A stretch of DNA of 64,000 bases from positions 736,001 to 800,000 of the forward strand of contig CAWDML010000003.1 of NCBI GenBank assembly GCA_963803435.1. Direction: 5' to 3'. The position numbers and the translations under genes were made by a program. Numbering within the stretch: the stretch's first letter is position 1; the number at the start of each line of letters is the position of its first letter. The notes below the pieces were generated by a model, which saw nothing but the letters and a program-made list of their open reading frames with translations, was not told where the DNA came from and ran no database searches. This DNA is from an uncultured delta proteobacterium (GTDB lineage Bacteria; Myxococcota; Kuafuiibacteriia; Kuafuiibacteriales; Kuafuiibacteriaceae). Positions 45,860 through 55,219 of this stretch are shown here, piece after piece.

Positions 45860-46636
45860 TCAACGGGAACCCCGGCCAATCGCCGGGTCGTCGAGCATCC
45901 CAGCGAGCACCTCGGCGACGTGCCTCACTTCGATGTCGGACCCTTCTCGGGCGAGCCGTCCCGCGATGTTCATCAGGCATCCCATGTCGGTGGAGCAGAG
46001 CAGCTCCGCGTTCGTGTTGCGCACTTCGGCGGCTTTTCGCGACACCATCTCCATCGAGATATAGGGATACTTCACACAGAAAGTACCTCCGAACCCACAG
46101 CAAGCATCAGAGTTCGGGAGCTCTCGAAACTCGGCCTCGCTCAAGGCGCGGAGGAGCCGCCGCGGTTGCTCTTGGATACCGAGCTCACGGAGGGCGCTGC
46201 AGCCGTCGTGGTAGGTGATGGGGCCCCGAAAGGCGGCGCTGGTCGTATCGACGTGCATGACGTCGGTCAAAAACGACACCAGTTCGTGGGTTCGATGGGC
46301 GAGATCCTGGGCTTCGACCTTCAGGGCGGGATCGTCCGCGAACAGCTTCGGGTACTCAAACTTGAGCATACATGTGCAGCTGCCCGACGGCGCGACCACG
46401 AAGTCGAAGCTCCGGAAGGCCTCGAGCACCCCGATCGCGATGGCCCTCGCCGAGGATGTGTCGCCCGAGTTGTACGCGGGCTGACCGCAGCACGTCTGGG
46501 CGGACGGAACGGTGACGGTGCAACCGGCCTTGCGCAGGAGATCGACGGTGGCGAAGCCGACGACCGGGCGGAAGAGATCGACGATGCAAGTAACGAAGAG
46601 ACCGACGTTGGGCGCATCCGCGCCAGTGCTGTTCAT
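45860..46636 (-). CDS. lutA: LutA CCG-domain Fe-S protein
   Basis: LFVTCIVD, QTCCGQPAYNSG, PSGSC, CCGFGGTF, DMGCLMNIAG. Confidence 0.93.
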   Translation of the reverse strand: MNSTGADAPNVGLFVTCIVDLFRPVVGFATVDLLRKAGCTVTVPSAQTCCGQPAYNSGDTSSARAIAIGVLEAFRSFDFVVAPSGSCTCMLKFEYPKLFADDPALKVEAQDLAHRTHELVSFLTDVMHVDTTSAAFRGPITYHDGCSALRELGIQEQPRRLLRALSEAEFRELPNSDACCGFGGTFCVKYPYISMEMVSRKAAEVRNTNAELLCSTDMGCLMNIAGRLAREGSDIEVRHVAEVLAGMLDDPAIGRGSR

Positions 46637-46753
46637 TCCAGTCATTCGCGTGTGCGGCGTCGTCTTATAACGCGATCGGGTCTGCGCAAGCAATGGCAGC
46701 TTCTCAGACTTGCTCTCACCTCTCGTCATCTTGACAGCCCACAGGGCGAGCGA

Positions 46754-46780
46754 AACGATGAACACGCAACGATGAACACG
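46754..46780 (+). repeat. 14-bp-period tandem duplication spanning the halogenase start codon
   Basis: AACGATGAACACG-C-AACGATGAACACG. Confidence 0.8.
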
Positions 46781-48475
46781 TATGACGTCTGCATCTGTGG
46801 TGGTGGGCTCGCCGGTCTCACGCTCGCTCGTCAGCTTCGTTTGAGAAACCGTGATCTCTCGATCATCGTGCTCGACAAGTATGCGCAGCCGAGACCGGAG
46901 GCCGCGTTCAAGGTCGGTGAGTCGACGGTCGTCGCAGGCGCGGCGTACCTCCAAAACGTCCTCCAGCTGAAGGACTACCTGCGGGGCCGCCAGCTCGAGA
47001 AGCTCGGCCTGCGGTACTTCTTTGGCGACTCGCGGGGGCCGCTGAGCGAACGGCCGGAGCTCGGGAAGGCTTCCTTCAGCGCGAACCTCGTCGAATGGCA
47101 GCTGGATCGCGGGCGGCTCGAGAATGACCTCTTCCAGATGAACGTCGACGACGGAGTGGAGATCGTCCCGGGCGTCCACGTCGAGAACATCGAGATCTCA
47201 AAGGGCGACGTCCATCGAGCCTTCATCCGGAGCGTCGGCGGCGACGAGGTCCGAGAGGTGGCGGCGCGGTGGATGATCGATGCGATGGGTCGGCGCCGGT
47301 ATCTGCAGAAGAAGCTCGATCTCAACGCCAAGATCGACTCGGACTGTAGCGCCTCATGGTGGCGCTACGAGGGGCGGATCGACGTCAGCGACCTGGTCCC
47401 CGCATCCGACGCACAGTGGCACGATCGCGTACCCGGCAAAATGCGGTACTACTCGACCAATCACCTCATGGGAGATGGCTACTGGGTCTGGTTGATCCCG
47501 CTCTCGGGAGGCACCGATTCGGGCTCGACGAGCATCGGGATCGTGGCGTCCGAGTCGATCCACCCCCTGTCGGAGTTCAACACCTATGAACGCGCGATGG
47601 GATGGGTGAGGGAGCACGAGCCGATCCTGTTCGAGCGGATCAAAGACCTGACGCCCATGGACTTCATCACGTTGCGGCGCTACAGCCTCTCCTCCAAGCA
47701 GGTCGTCTCCAGCGATCGCTGGGCGTGTACCGGTGAAGCCGGTTGCTTCATCGACCCCTTCTATTCACCGGGCACCAACGCCATCGGATACATGAATAGC
47801 CTCATCTGCGAGATCATCCGGCTCGATCGTGAGGGGAGCCCGCGCTACACCGAGGCGCTCTGCAAGCAGCTCTCGGACGAGTACATCGAGTGGGCCAAGA
47901 TCCAGACGTGGCAGATTCAGACACCCTACCGCTTCTACGGGCACAACCTGATCGCGCCGTGTAAGATCATATGGACGTTGCTCGGTGGTCTGGCGATGCG
48001 GGTGCCGCACTACTTCAAGATGCTCTTCAACGAGGGCTTCCTGGACCTCCACGATTCGACCGCGCTCCCGAAGGACATGGTGGCGCTCGACCAGCAGATG
48101 TTTCGCTTTCTGCTCGAGTGGAAGGAGAGGTCGAAGGACAACCACAAGGCCACGTTCGATTGGATCGACTACGCAAAGATCTCAGCGTTCAAGGAGCTCG
48201 CGCAGTCGGCCACCCAACCGGAGGATGGCCCGCACCGCATGTGGAGGGAGAGCAAGCCAGTCCTGGAAAAGATGGCCCACGCGATCTTCTTGATCGCGCT
48301 CGAAGACGTGCTGCCGGACGAGTTCCGGCGGATGCAAAAGCCGATGTGGTTGAATTGCAGAGCGATGAGCCTCGACCCTGGCCGGTGGGACCAGGACGGA
48401 CTATTCCGTCCTGACTCACCCCCGATGGATTGGACTGCGACTTATCAGGAGATGCGCAGCTTCGTACGTTTTTGA
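46772..48475 (+). CDS. Flavin-dependent halogenase-like protein
   Basis: GGGLAG, KVGEST, EKLGLRYFF (candidate catalytic Lys), WVWLIP (WxWxIP), FIDPFYSPG. Confidence 0.85.
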   Translation: MNTYDVCICGGGLAGLTLARQLRLRNRDLSIIVLDKYAQPRPEAAFKVGESTVVAGAAYLQNVLQLKDYLRGRQLEKLGLRYFFGDSRGPLSERPELGKASFSANLVEWQLDRGRLENDLFQMNVDDGVEIVPGVHVENIEISKGDVHRAFIRSVGGDEVREVAARWMIDAMGRRRYLQKKLDLNAKIDSDCSASWWRYEGRIDVSDLVPASDAQWHDRVPGKMRYYSTNHLMGDGYWVWLIPLSGGTDSGSTSIGIVASESIHPLSEFNTYERAMGWVREHEPILFERIKDLTPMDFITLRRYSLSSKQVVSSDRWACTGEAGCFIDPFYSPGTNAIGYMNSLICEIIRLDREGSPRYTEALCKQLSDEYIEWAKIQTWQIQTPYRFYGHNLIAPCKIIWTLLGGLAMRVPHYFKMLFNEGFLDLHDSTALPKDMVALDQQMFRFLLEWKERSKDNHKATFDWIDYAKISAFKELAQSATQPEDGPHRMWRESKPVLEKMAHAIFLIALEDVLPDEFRRMQKPMWLNCRAMSLDPGRWDQDGLFRPDSPPMDWTATYQEMRSFVRF

Positions 48476-48647
48476 GCGCATCCGCACCTGAAGTTACTTG
48501 AGATGTACGTACTTAGGAATTAAGCGCAATTTGTCATAGTATCCGGATTAGGTGTCACTTTGGCGGCAACATCACCGGGCCCGAGGGAAATCGTCCAGAA
48601 TACGGATCACTGACCTCCTCCCGGCTCCAGAGTCCAGCGTTGGCGCT

Positions 48648-48663
48648 TGGTTCTAAAATTGCT
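48648..48663 (+). promoter_or_regulatory. Sigma-54 -24/-12 promoter
   Basis: TGGTTCTAAAATTGCT (GG-N10-GC); predicted +1 ~48674, then SD AAGGAGG and GTG 48695; AT-rich upstream region. Confidence 0.62.
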
Positions 48664-48694
48664 CAATAAGTTTCCAATCTGGAAGGAGGCCCCA

Positions 48695-49298
48695 GTGAAT
48701 AAGGTACATCTCGCGATTGGAATCTCTTCTATCTTTCTCTATGTCGGCTGTGGAGGCGCGCCCGAGACGGAGAGCACCGAGTCCGCGGTTCATCCCGCGA
48801 CGACGTGCCACGACGTTTCGGCCGAGTTCACGAACGACACCTACAGTTGTGCTTCGCTCTGCACCGCGGGTGGTCAGAGCTCGGACGGCAGCATCCATGG
48901 GCAGGAGGGTCGCTTCTTCGACGGCACGAACGACTTCGTCCTGGCGGGCACGGCCGCGAGCGCAGGCATGCCGGGGATTCGAGCCGCCCGAGCAGCTGTC
49001 GCACTCGGGGACCCGCGTCCTGACGGTCGACGGTGGGACCATCACTCTGCACGTGACCGGCGTGTTCGACACGCAGGCCACCTCGAACCTCGACTTTGCC
49101 GAGCTGTCTCGTGTCACCGGCGGCACGGGCATCTTCTCGGGCGCCAGCGGCGTCATCTGGGCCTATGGAATGGGCGTCGCCCACCCGGACGGTTCGATGA
49201 CCTTCAACGGGCACATGAAGGGTCGGGTCTGTGGCGTCGCCGAGCACCACGGAAACGGAAATCCGCACGGCCCCGGCTGTAACCAGCACGCGCACTAG
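48695..49298 (+). CDS. Dirigent/allene-oxide-cyclase-like beta-barrel lipoprotein, copy 1, one extra base at ~48978
   Basis: YVGC lipobox; core FDGTNDFVLAG..AGMPG/EP..QLSHSGTRVL..ELSRVTGGTGIFSGASG aligns with copy 2 across the frameshift. Confidence 0.75.
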
Positions 49299-49449
49299 CC
49301 CGGCAGTTCACCCGGTGAATGGGCCACCCGCGGGCCGCTAGGGTTGGAATTACGTAAGAGCATCCGTTCGTCCGGAAGATCGACCACTTCCTCGACTCCT
49401 GACACCTTCATGCCCTCGGCGCGCCCCTCGGCAGCGCGCTCCTCCGATG

Positions 49450-49465
49450 TGGGCCCCGGCTTGCA
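49450..49465 (+). promoter_or_regulatory. Possible sigma-54 promoter for copy 2
   Basis: TGGGCCCCGGCTTGCA (GG-N10-GC); predicted +1 ~49476, SD GGAGGA 49480, TTG 49492. Confidence 0.45.
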
Positions 49466-49491
49466 AGCCACGTCGGCCCGGAGGACTCACC

Positions 49492-50040
49492 TTGCGTATT
49501 TTCAATCTCATCCCCGTTGCCCTCGTGGCGCTCACTTTCGCCTGCAGCCCCGAGGCCGATCAGGCGAGCTCCACCGATGCGATCCACGGTGGCGGTGGCC
49601 CTCACTGTAGGGATGTAGGCGCACGTTTCGTCAATACAACCTACAGCACGAACTGTAACGGCTATGCGGGTCTCTGCACGGCAGGGATGCAAGTCCATGA
49701 GGCGGGCTTCCAGTCGTTTCTCGATGGAACCAACGACTTCGTGCTCGCCGGGCTCGCTGAGTCCGCCGGAATGCCGGGTCTCGAGCCCCAGGCTCAGCTC
49801 TCTCACTCGGGCACGCGGGTCCTGAGCACGAACCACGGAACGCTGACCCTGCACATTACCGGTGTGTTCGACACGCAGCCGACCTCCAACCTGGACTTCG
49901 CAGAGCTCTCCCGCGTGACCAGCGGTACCGGTGACTTTGCCGGTACCAGCGGCCTCATCTGGTCCTTCGGGAACGGCACCGTGAACGCCAACGGTTCGCA
50001 GACGTTCCGCGGCACGATGCGCGGGACCGTCTGCCAGTAG
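49492..50040 (+). CDS. Dirigent/AOC-like beta-barrel lipoprotein, copy 2
   Basis: TFAC lipobox; ELSRVTSGTGDFAGTSG motif; paralogue of 48695-49298. Confidence 0.78.
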   Translation: MRIFNLIPVALVALTFACSPEADQASSTDAIHGGGGPHCRDVGARFVNTTYSTNCNGYAGLCTAGMQVHEAGFQSFLDGTNDFVLAGLAESAGMPGLEPQAQLSHSGTRVLSTNHGTLTLHITGVFDTQPTSNLDFAELSRVTSGTGDFAGTSGLIWSFGNGTVNANGSQTFRGTMRGTVCQ

Positions 50041-50075
50041 CGCAGGCCGGCTCCAGACCACCCCGCGGGCGCTAG

Positions 50076-50552
50076 GAGCGTGTAGCGCGTAGCGCTACCG
50101 CGAGCCCGGTCCGGGTCCCGGTCCCGATGGCGATCATGCAGCCCGGCGTGCGTTCATCGGCTTGATGAGGCGCGTGAGCATCTCGACAACGCGCTTGAGC
50201 TTGGCTCTGGCGGCTTGGACCTCCGCGAGGTTCACGACGATCAACGAGTTTCGGCTCGTCCACCTGGAGGCACTGAAAGCGCTCTTCCTCGAAGTCCTGA
50301 AGCTTCGTCGAACCGGCGCTCGGACAGATCAAAAGCGGCACGAGGATTCCGCCGGTTCTCGCTACGCTCCTTCTTCAAGGTACGAGCCGAGTGGACGCTC
50401 GTCTGCCTCACCCACAACCTGCTCAAGCTCTACCGATCGAAGCTCGCGACCGTCGCGAGCGTCTGACTCAAGGCAGCCATCTTCAGATCGGGACCCGGAC
50501 CGGGACCGGGACCCGGACCGGGGTCGCGTGAGCGCTTACGCGCTACACGCTC
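50076..50552 (+). mobile_element. Internally deleted IS1182-family element with CTAG target duplication
   Basis: CTAG at 50072-75 and 50553-56; ~55-bp imperfect TIRs starting GAGCGTGTAGCGCGTA; transposase remnants FTTINEFRLVHLEALKALFLEVLKL and KAARGFRRFSLR..KVRAEWTLVCLTHNLLKL. Confidence 0.88.
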
Positions 50553-51743
50553 CTAGGCGCCTTCCTCGTCCTTGATCCACGCCAAGATCTGCTCCTCGGT
50601 CACCGGTTGCTGCTTCCGCTCTGCGTGGCTCTTCAGCCGCGCCAGCACGGTCTTGCGCGCCGAGTCGGACAACTTGAGGCCCGCCTGCTTGGCGAGATAC
50701 AGGAGGCCCTGAGCGCCCGAGTGCTTGCCGAACACGATCTCGTGCTGGCGACCGATCATGTCGGGCGGGAACGCCTGGTAGGTCTCTGGGTTTGCCAGGA
50801 TACCCGCCACGTGTATCCCGGACTCATGCGTGAAGCACCATCGTCCGGTGATGGCCTTGTGCTCGCTCGGGCGGGTACCCGACGCCTTGTGGACCAGGTC
50901 GCAGAGCGCATGGAGCTTGTCGAGCTTCAGCCCCAGGTCTCGGCCGTACTTCACCTTCAACGCAACGACGAGCTCCTCGAGGCACGTGTTCCCTGAGCGC
51001 TCTCCGGCGCCGTTGAGGGTGACCTGCGCCATCTCGGCGCCTGCCTCGAGCGCGGAGAGAGTATTGGCGTTGGCGAGGCCGAGATCATTGTGAAAGTGTG
51101 ATCCCAGCGGCGTCTTTAGGAGTGACTTCAAGATAGTCATGATCCGATAGGTGCTCGTCGGTGTGAGTACACCCGCCGTGTCGGCGACCACGAGATAGTC
51201 AGCGCCGGCTTCCTCGGCGACCTGATAGAACTTCAACAAGCGCGTCAGCGGCGTCCGCGAGCCATCCTCCACCGCGAACGATGCGAGCACGCCGCGCTCC
51301 TTACACCGTCGCACGGAGGCTTCGATCTTCTCGATCGCATCGGCCTCGGTCCAGCGGAGCTTGTCGCGCAGATGGGTGTCGGAGCCGCCCGCGAACAGCG
51401 CGATCATGGCGACGCCCGACTCAGCGGTCTGATCGATGTCCGCGTCTGCGAGCCGGCAGAGCGCGGCGGTCTTCATCTTGAGACCGGCCTTGGTGATCCG
51501 ATGGACCGACTCGAACTCCTCCTTGGAAGCTGCCGGGAAGCCGACGTTCGCCCAGGGCACGCCGAACTCGTCCATGGCGCGGGCGATCTCCAGCTTCTCG
51601 TCGGCCGTGAACACTACGCCGGGAGGCTGTTCGCCCTCCCTGAGGGTATTGTCATAGAGCATGATCGGCCCGGTGATGGGCGACTGGAACTGTCCCGTGA
51701 GGACGTTGGCCGTCGATTCGGTCGGCCGGCGCGAGAGTTTCAT
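50553..51743 (-). CDS. Homocitrate-synthase-like DRE-TIM 2-oxoacid:acetyl-CoA synthase (no LeuA regulatory domain)
   Basis: DNTLREGEQ, HFHNDLG, GERSGN, FTHESGIH, GKHSG; 396 aa. Confidence 0.92.
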   Translation of the reverse strand: MKLSRRPTESTANVLTGQFQSPITGPIMLYDNTLREGEQPPGVVFTADEKLEIARAMDEFGVPWANVGFPAASKEEFESVHRITKAGLKMKTAALCRLADADIDQTAESGVAMIALFAGGSDTHLRDKLRWTEADAIEKIEASVRRCKERGVLASFAVEDGSRTPLTRLLKFYQVAEEAGADYLVVADTAGVLTPTSTYRIMTILKSLLKTPLGSHFHNDLGLANANTLSALEAGAEMAQVTLNGAGERSGNTCLEELVVALKVKYGRDLGLKLDKLHALCDLVHKASGTRPSEHKAITGRWCFTHESGIHVAGILANPETYQAFPPDMIGRQHEIVFGKHSGAQGLLYLAKQAGLKLSDSARKTVLARLKSHAERKQQPVTEEQILAWIKDEEGA

Positions 51744-51780
51744 GCCGCGATGGTATGTCGCGCCTCGGGAGCGAGCAACG

Positions 51781-52344
51781 TCAGGCGCTGTGGGGAGCGC
51801 GACCGTCCGGTGGCCACTCGTCGAGACCGCGATCGAGCGGGATCGCGAGCGCTCGTTGAAGCCCGGCGATCATTCGCCAGTGCGCGACCGCGGCAATCAG
51901 CTCGATGCACTGGACCGGATCGGAGAGGCTGGCGCCGAGCCGCGTCCAGGTGCCGTCGGAGAGCGTGTCCGTCGCACACAGCTCGTCAACCGCAGACAGC
52001 ACCGCCTGCTCCGCTTCTCCGTACGCAGATCCGTCCCAATCGCGGACGCCTGCCAGCTCCGCCTCGGGGATGCCGAGCCTCTGCGAGAGCTTCCAGTGCT
52101 GCGCCCACACATAGGCGGAGCGACACTGCCATGCGACCCGGAGCACGGCGAGCTCCCGCAGCCGAACGTCGAGCGCGGTCTCATCGAGCAGAGCCTTCAG
52201 CAGGCCGCCGAAGGCGCGCGCCAGTCGGGGCTGATGGAGAAATGCGCGATAGAGGTTCAGGGACGCATAGCGGACCGGGATGTCCATCTCGAGGCTACGG
52301 CGCTCGGCCTCCTCGATCTCGAGAAGAGGAACGCGCGAGGTCAT
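51781..52344 (-). CDS. Carboxymuconolactone decarboxylase/AhpD-like family protein
   Basis: LRELAVLRVAW, YVWAQH, EQAVLSAVDEL. Confidence 0.85.
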   Translation of the reverse strand: MTSRVPLLEIEEAERRSLEMDIPVRYASLNLYRAFLHQPRLARAFGGLLKALLDETALDVRLRELAVLRVAWQCRSAYVWAQHWKLSQRLGIPEAELAGVRDWDGSAYGEAEQAVLSAVDELCATDTLSDGTWTRLGASLSDPVQCIELIAAVAHWRMIAGLQRALAIPLDRGLDEWPPDGRAPHSA

Positions 52345-53537
52345 AGAACCCTCTTCTCCCGCAGCGTTCGGATCTGTTCGGGGGAGTAGCCGAGACCGGA
52401 GAGGATCTGCTCGGTGTGCTCGCCGAGCGCCGGGGCTGCCGTGCGGACGCTGACGTCGGCGTCGGAGAGGCGCACCGGCATGCGAAGGTTGGGCGCACGA
52501 CCGAACTCGGGATCGTCGACATACACGACCATCTCGCGATGCTTGACCTGAGGATGCTCGAACAGCTGCTCGTAGTCGTGGATCGGCCCGCAGGGAATGC
52601 CGGTGTCATCGAATACCTTCATCCAGTGCTCGGTGGGTCGCTGGGTGAACACCTCCTCGAGATCCTTCTCCAGCGCCGAACGATTCTTCGCCCTGAGCTC
52701 CATGTTGGCGTAGCGCGGATCGGAGGCCCAATCATCGCGCTTCATCACGGCGCAGAACCGCTCCCAGTTCGCCTGGCTCCCACAGGTCATCACCATGTAA
52801 CCATCCTGGGTGTTGAAGCGCTGGTAGGGCGTGAGCTGGCGATGGCGCGCGCCCAGCCGCTCCGGCAGCACGCCGCTCATGAGGTAGAGGGCACCGGACC
52901 ACGAGGTCAAAGCGACGGCGGTCTCGAGCAGAGAGCCCTCCACCCGCTGTCCTTTGCCGGTGGCTGCGCGCTGATGAAGCGCAGCCAGGACGCCGATCGC
53001 GCCCCACATTCCCGTCCCGAGATCCACGACCGGCTGCCCGACGAAGAGGGGAGGGCCGTCGGACTCACCGGTCACGTGCATGAGCCCGCCCATCGCCTGA
53101 GCGACCAGATCGAACCCGGCCTTGTTCCGGAGAGGGCCATCGGACCCGAACCCTGACAAGCTGCAGTAGATCAGCCGCGGGTTGCGTCGGCTCAGAACGT
53201 CGTAGGTCAAGCCGACCTTCTCGAGGACCGACGGCCGGAAGTTCTCGACGAAGATGTCTGCCTGGTCCGCCAGACGTAGGAAGATCTCTTTTCCCTCGGG
53301 CGTCTTGTAGTCGAGCGTCAGGCTCTGCTTGTTCCTGTTGATGTAGCGAAACTGGGGGTTGCGAGGCTTGCAGTCCTGCCAGGTCCGCACTCGATCTCCG
53401 ATCCCGGGTCGCTCCACCTTGATGACCTCGGCCCCCATGTCCCCCAGGATCGCGGAACAATATGGACCTGCCATGTACTCGGTGACGTCGAGGACTCTGA
53501 TACCGGTCAAGGGGCCGGGCGCGGGGGTCTCGTTCAT
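52341..53537 (-). CDS. Family III (CaiB/BaiF) CoA-transferase
   Basis: GPLTGIRVLD, AGP, NRNKQSLTLD, ENFRP, SGFG..GP, GFD, APALGEHT. Confidence 0.93.
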   Translation of the reverse strand: MNETPAPGPLTGIRVLDVTEYMAGPYCSAILGDMGAEVIKVERPGIGDRVRTWQDCKPRNPQFRYINRNKQSLTLDYKTPEGKEIFLRLADQADIFVENFRPSVLEKVGLTYDVLSRRNPRLIYCSLSGFGSDGPLRNKAGFDLVAQAMGGLMHVTGESDGPPLFVGQPVVDLGTGMWGAIGVLAALHQRAATGKGQRVEGSLLETAVALTSWSGALYLMSGVLPERLGARHRQLTPYQRFNTQDGYMVMTCGSQANWERFCAVMKRDDWASDPRYANMELRAKNRSALEKDLEEVFTQRPTEHWMKVFDDTGIPCGPIHDYEQLFEHPQVKHREMVVYVDDPEFGRAPNLRMPVRLSDADVSVRTAAPALGEHTEQILSGLGYSPEQIRTLREKRVL

Positions 53538-53561
53538 TTCATCAGGCTCCCTCTGGAAGGC

Positions 53562-55213
53562 TCAATATCGCGCCAGCCAGCCGCGGCTAAAGGACTGCTT
53601 GGCGCGGGGCGCCTCCGGAGCGATCTGGACGTTGATGAGTGCGGGCTCTCGGGCGGCCATCGCGCGCTCGAGCGCCTGTCCGAGCTGGTCGGGCGACTCG
53701 CAGTGATAGCCGCGCGCGCCGAAGGCCTCCATCATGCGATCGTGACGAGCCCCGGGTGTGTACACGTGCACGGGCGGCGGCCCCGACTCGGGCAGACGGG
53801 CGACGCCGTTTCCGATCCCGTTGTTCACGAAGACGATGAAGAGGATCGGGAGTCGGTAGCGGACCGCCACCTCGATCTCCATCCCGTCGAACCCGAAGGC
53901 CCCATCACCCAGGATGGCGACGACCTGCTTCTCGGGGTGGACCACCTGGGCGGCGATCGCGAAGCCGAGACCGACGCCCATGGTCCCCCAGCTTCCGGCA
54001 TCGAGACGATGTCGCGGAGAGCTGCTCCCGAGGACGACGCGGCTGATGTCCATGGTCTTGGCGCCGTCGGCGACGACGATCGTGTCCTTGGGCAGCACCT
54101 TCGAGATCTCGAATAGCGGTCGGTAGTAGCCCATCGGGATCTGTTCAGAGTGGAGCTCTGCCTCGAGCATCTTGCGCTTTTCGGCCGTTCCCTGGTCGAG
54201 CTCTTGGATCCACCCCGCCGGCGCGTGCACGTCTCGGATCTGCTCGTGCTGCAGCATCTGCTCCAGCACCTGCCTGAGGTCGCCGACGATCCCGACGTGC
54301 GCTGGGATGTTCCGGCCCAGCTCTTCCGCCATGATGTCGATCTGGATGACCTCGAGGTCCGGCCGGAGGCGAGGTGGAGCGCCGAGGTGGAGCATCCAGT
54401 TCATTCGAGCGCCTGCCAGGAGCAGGACGTCCGCCTCCTTGAGGGCGGTCGCCCGTGCCGCCGAGGCGCACCGGGCATGACCGTCTGGAAGAACGCCCTT
54501 GCCCATGGGGGTCGGGATGAACGGGAGACCGGTCTGCTCGACCAGTCGGGTCAGCTGAGGGGAGGCGTCCGACCACGACGCGCCCTTGCCGATCACGAGC
54601 AGCGGTTTCTTCGCTCGGGCGAGGACAGAGACGGCTCGCTCCACCAGCGTCGGATCCCCGGCGGCTCTCGGCGGCGGCGGGACGGGCTCAATCGCGGGCT
54701 CGCCGGCGATGGAGCTCCCGAGGACGTCGGAGGGGAGATCGAGGTACGCGACGCCCGGCCGCCCGTACCAGGCCTCCCGGACGGCGGTCGCGAACAAGCG
54801 GGGGATGTCGTCGGCGCGGGTTGCTTGTCCGATCCACTTCGTGAAGGGTCGGGCGGCGTCGAGCTGCGTCGCCTCTTGAAACGCTCCACGGTGGCGCAGG
54901 GGCAGATCGAGGATCCGCTCAGCACCACCAGCGGCCAGCAGTTGTTCTGTGCGTTGCCCATCGCCGTGATGATGTTCGTCATCCCCGGTCCGGCCACCGT
55001 CACCGCGACGCCTACGCTCCCGCGCAGGTATCCGGCTGCCTGGGCCGCGAACCCGGCCGCTTGTTCGTGCCGCGTCCCGATGTATCGGACCCCTTCGTCC
55101 TGAATGCTCTGGATGAGATCCCAGACCGGATATCCGACGACGCCGAAGACCTCCTGCACTCCCTGGGTCTTGATGCACTCGGCCAGCAGGCGCGCTGCGG
55201 TACGTTCTCCCAC
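53562..55213 (-). CDS. ThDP-dependent 2-hydroxyacyl-CoA lyase/oxalyl-CoA decarboxylase-like enzyme, one base missing at ~54911
   Basis: VFGVVGYP, RHEQAA, GPG, NCWP then (other frame) GAFQE, IGKGA, PTPMGKG, RLDAGSWGTMGVGLG, GDGAFG..NN. Confidence 0.9.
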
Positions 55214-55219
55214 GGCGGA

